Shown one piece after another: positions 60,350-64,000 of a DNA stretch of 64,000 bases. How positions within the stretch are numbered: position 1 is the stretch's first letter; the number at the start of each line of letters is the position of its first letter. Under the pieces are notes generated by a model. It did no database searches. It was given only the letters and a program-made list of their open reading frames with translations, and was not told the origin of the DNA. The stretch comes from Malacoraja senta (lineage: Eukaryota): contig JAXLNO010000575.1 of NCBI GenBank assembly GCA_038087875.1, positions 124,001-188,000 on the forward strand, in the 5' to 3' direction. The translations under genes were made by a program, and so were the position numbers.

Positions 60350-61396
60350 ATGAATATCACATCGTCTTCCTACATGAACGATAACATGACCATTGGATAC
60401 ACTGACAACCCAGACATAAGTCCTTGTGAGCCGGGGGAGTTTGTGACCATGAAGACCATCATGGCGGTGGTGTGTAGCCTGGTGTGTCTCTTGGCCGTGA
60501 TGGGGAATGTACTGGTGATGGTGGTCATCCTTCACAACCGTCGCTCCATCTCGTCCACGGACGTCTACCTGCTCCATCTGGCCACGGCCGACCTGCTCTT
60601 TGCCCTCACCCTGCCCTTCTGGGCAGTGGACGCCGTGTCTGGCTGGGTGTTTGGTGACGCCATGTGTAAGGCGATCGGTATGTGGCAGGAGGTGAACTTT
60701 TACAGTGGCATCCTGCTGCTGGCCTGCATCAGTGTGGACTGCTACCTGGCCATTGTCCACTCTGCCCAGTCGCACGGCCACAAGAGGCCGTGGCTGGTCA
60801 AACTGGTGTGTGCCGCCGTCTGGCTCATGGCCCTGCTCCTGTCCTCGCCCATCCTCCACAATGAAGTGTTCCTCGACTATGAATTTGATCGGTCCGTCTG
60901 TAACGAGGAACACGATGGCGATTTTGACAAACCGTGGAAACTGGGCATCAAAGTTAGTCGCCTGGTCATTGGCTTCCTCATGCCGCTGGCCACCATGGTC
61001 TTCTGCTACACTGTCACCGTGTGGAAACTGTGCCAGACCAAGGGCTTCCAGAAGCAGAAAGCCATGAAGGTCATCATCGCGGTGGTGCTGGCCTTCCTGG
61101 CGTGCTGGCTGCCCTACCATCTAACCATGGTTGTGGACATGCTGGTGAGAGTCAAACACATCGAAGTCTCCTGCATCGAGCGTGACCACTTGGACAGGGC
61201 CGTGCTGGCCACACAGTGCTTGGTCTTTCTTCACAGCTGCATCAACCCAATCCTCTACGCCATCATCGGGGTGAAGTTCAGGAGGAACCTGGTCAAACTC
61301 ATGGCTCATAAAGGCCTCATAAAGAGAAGCGAAGAAAACCCATTTAAGCAATCACGCTCATCCTCAGTCTCTGGGCAGACATCCACAACCATTTAG
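60350..61396 (+). CDS. CXCR1/2-like: CXCR1/CXCR2-like chemokine receptor (copy C, 348 aa, DRY changed to DCY)
   Basis: Complete 7TM ORF; branch-like CACTAAT and acceptor TTTCAG at 60340, 9 nt before the ATG; C-terminal tail identical to copy A. Confidence 0.92.
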   Translation: MNITSSSYMNDNMTIGYTDNPDISPCEPGEFVTMKTIMAVVCSLVCLLAVMGNVLVMVVILHNRRSISSTDVYLLHLATADLLFALTLPFWAVDAVSGWVFGDAMCKAIGMWQEVNFYSGILLLACISVDCYLAIVHSAQSHGHKRPWLVKLVCAAVWLMALLLSSPILHNEVFLDYEFDRSVCNEEHDGDFDKPWKLGIKVSRLVIGFLMPLATMVFCYTVTVWKLCQTKGFQKQKAMKVIIAVVLAFLACWLPYHLTMVVDMLVRVKHIEVSCIERDHLDRAVLATQCLVFLHSCINPILYAIIGVKFRRNLVKLMAHKGLIKRSEENPFKQSRSSSVSGQTSTTI

Positions 61397-61714
61397 ACCC
61401 CCCCCCCCATCCCCCTAACCCAACCCCCCACCTACACCCACCACCACCCCCGCACGCCCCCCCCCCCCCCCCCCCCGCTGAGATTCTCCAACATTTTTCT
61501 CTACATTCGATTTTTCCAGCATCTGCAGTTCCTTCTTAAAAATTACTATCTGCAGTTCCTTCCTGCACTAGAATTTCTGGCAAGTCCTCCAGCGACTTTT
61601 ACTGAGCTCCGCAGAAGCACCATATTGGGATGTGTCCAATCTGAATGTGGCAACAAGAGCGATGCAGCGTGGAAACAGGCCCGTCGGCCCAACTTGTCCA
61701 CACCGACCTACATG

Positions 61715-62604
61715 CCCAAACTATACAAGGCCCGTGTCTGGCCCAGATCCCTCTAAACCTGTCCGATCCATGTACCTGTGTAAATATCTCTTAAACGTTG
61801 TGATAGTCCCCCCTCATTTACCTTTTCCAGCAGCTCGTTCCATACACCCACCACCCTTTGTGTAAAAAGGTTGCCTCTCAGGTTCCTATTAAATCTTTCC
61901 CCACACCTTAACCTTATGTCCTCTGGTTTTTTGATTCCCCTACTCTGACCAAAAGACACTCTCATTCACCTCTTTCTATTCCCCTCATCATACACAATTC
62001 TATAAGATCAACCCTCATCCTGTGCTACAAGGAAGAAAGTCCTAGCCTGCTTAACCTCTCTCGGAAACGGTTCAGGTTCTTGAGTCCTGGGCATATGCCT
62101 GTAAATGAAAGTGTCCAAGAACCACTGTATCAATCGAGCGCTGGAGATGATGAAGACACACATGGTGTCCAACCATAGACAAAGACCAATGTCCACTATA
62201 GTTGAACGAGGGTACAGTCCGATTCACCGCCACCCCATTGCAGACACTGGACTCATAATAACCCGAGACCTAAAGAGATGTTGACTCAACACTTCACGCT
62301 GCCTCGGGAAAGCAGCCAACATCATCAAAGACGTGTCCCTGTCCCACCCCGGTCATTCCTTCTTCTCCCCGCTCCCGTCCGGCAGAAGGTACAGAAGCTT
62401 GAAGGCGCACTCCACCAGACTCAGGAACAGCTTCTTCCCCTCTGTTATCAGGCTTCTGAACGGTCCTTCCATAAGCTAGGGTACTGTCCGATTCACCTCC
62501 ACCCCATTGCGGACATTGGACTTTGTCTGTGGAACTGATGCGCTACAATGCTGAAAACTAGATTCTGCACTCTGTATCTTCCCCTTTGGCTCTACCTATT
62601 GGAC
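61715..62604 (+). repeat. 3' flank of copy C, inverted duplicate of the 3' flank of copy A (41870-42815)
   Basis: Shared unique sequence such as GAACCACTGTATCAATCGAGCGCTGGAGATGATGAAGACACA, and the same repeat junctions. Confidence 0.9.
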
Positions 62605-63427
62605 TTGAGTTTGACTTGATTGTATTTTATGTCCAGTATTATCTGGTCTGTTTGGGTAGCTGCAGAACAAAGCTGTTGCACTGTACCTCGTTACACATGG
62701 CAATAATAAACCTGAACCACAGTCAGAAGTTACAAGAGGCCAGAGTGTTTACACAATCTTCTCGTATCTCGGTTGTTTGGAACCTTCATACAGATGGTAG
62801 AATCGTCAAAGTTAGGAATCGAGTGGAATATTTGGCCCCTTCTACCCTCCTCTGCCTGTTCGCTAGGATCATGTCTCTTCATCCACATTCTGGCCACCTC
62901 TCCCACACTTTCACTCTCCCCATCTTCCTCCACTCCCTCTGGCCCCCCGCAACTTGCCAACACCATCTTCTGCAAGAGAAGACACAGAGTGCTGGAGTAA
63001 CTCAGCAGGTCAGGCAGCATCTGTGGAGAACATGGATGGGTGATGTTTCACAGAGTGCTGGAGTAACTCAGCGGGTCAGGCAGCATCTGTGGAGAACATG
63101 GATAGGTGACGTTTCACAGAGTGCTGGAGTAACTCAGCGGGTCAGGCTAGCATCTGTGGAGGAACATGGATGGTGACGTTTCTGGTCGGGACCCTTCGTC
63201 TGCATCTTCTACACAGACATGTACAATCATTCCCTCCACTTCCCACCGAGGGTAGAACTCACCTGATCGATGTTTCATAGATTTTCTGTTTCATTCCTTG
63301 AATCAAGTCTTATGAAATTCATCCATAGTTGATGTTTCTGTGTGTTGTCGTATGGCGACACTGCTACTGCTACTGCTGCAAACAAGATGTTCATTGTACC
63401 TGTATATCACCAGCACTAGTGCACTAG

Positions 63428-63665
63428 ATCACTCTCAGAGGCGGCTGGAAAGAAGCAGCAGCCGGTGGATTTGGCTCAAGCGGAAAGAACCCATGCAAGG
63501 GCCCCAAGTATGTCGGGGTGAATCTTTGGGACGGTTGTTGGACACGGGACATGCGCTGAGGGTCTGATCATCCTGCAGCGGGGCCGCCCTTGTGGAGGTG
63601 TATAGTGTTAAAAGGCCGAAACACCAGTGATGCAAGGGTACACTACTGATGATGTGTCCTGTGCC
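63428..63665 (+). mobile_element. HERO-like (R2-group, RLE) non-LTR retrotransposon 3' end
   Basis: SLSEAA(fs)ERSSRWIWLKRK resembles the HERO ORF C-terminus, and the 3' UTR ends CTGATGATGTGTCC. Both are recalled family features. Confidence 0.6.
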
Positions 63666-64000
63666 CCAACTGTCCTGAAGGTTACCCCCCCCCCCCCCCC
63701 CGATGTTGAGCGTCTACCACTCTCAACAATCAACGAATGTCGTGAAATGCTCCCCCACCTATTGGCACAAGGACTTCTTAACATCTTGTCCTGTGTATTT
63801 GATTCTGGATAATCTGACTCGTCCAGTGACTGCTGTGAAAGGACAGCTGACAACATGGAAAGTCCCATGTGACAGCTTGGAGAGACAGCTGACAGGAGGG
63901 AACAGACCCCACTGGGGCCGTCATGGGCTAGCTACCCATGACAGCAGTCCCCAACGCTGTTCTCAGCTAGTTGGAGACACCCGCTAAATGCTACTAAAAG

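Overview
Eukaryotic, repeat-dominated vertebrate DNA. The repeat complement (HE1/V-SINE-type SINEs, CR1, Rex1/Babar, Penelope) suggests a cartilaginous fish such as a skate or ray; this is inference. The only host genes are a CXCR1/CXCR2-like chemokine receptor cluster: an intact copy (42832-43872, -), a frameshifted copy (53826-54924, -), an open copy with DRY changed to DCY (60350-61396, +), and a 48-bp relic of a fourth copy (46390-46437). The copies are mosaics of near-identical transmembrane tracts and divergent extracellular parts. They sit among direct and inverted segmental duplications that also carry a candidate non-coding first exon. The rest is transposons: an open P-element/THAP9-like transposase ORF followed by a decayed spliced THAP domain, a nearly intact DIRS1-type retrotransposon, three L1s (one full length, one flanked by an 879-bp direct duplication), non-autonomous Helitrons (including a head-to-tail pair), Harbinger and hAT MITEs, Penelope fragments with hammerhead-like motifs, a HERO-like 3' end with a pseudoknotted hammerhead-like core, many CR1 and Rex1 fragments, and LINE-derived minisatellites. 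All alignments were done by eye, and the boundaries of old repeats are approximate.
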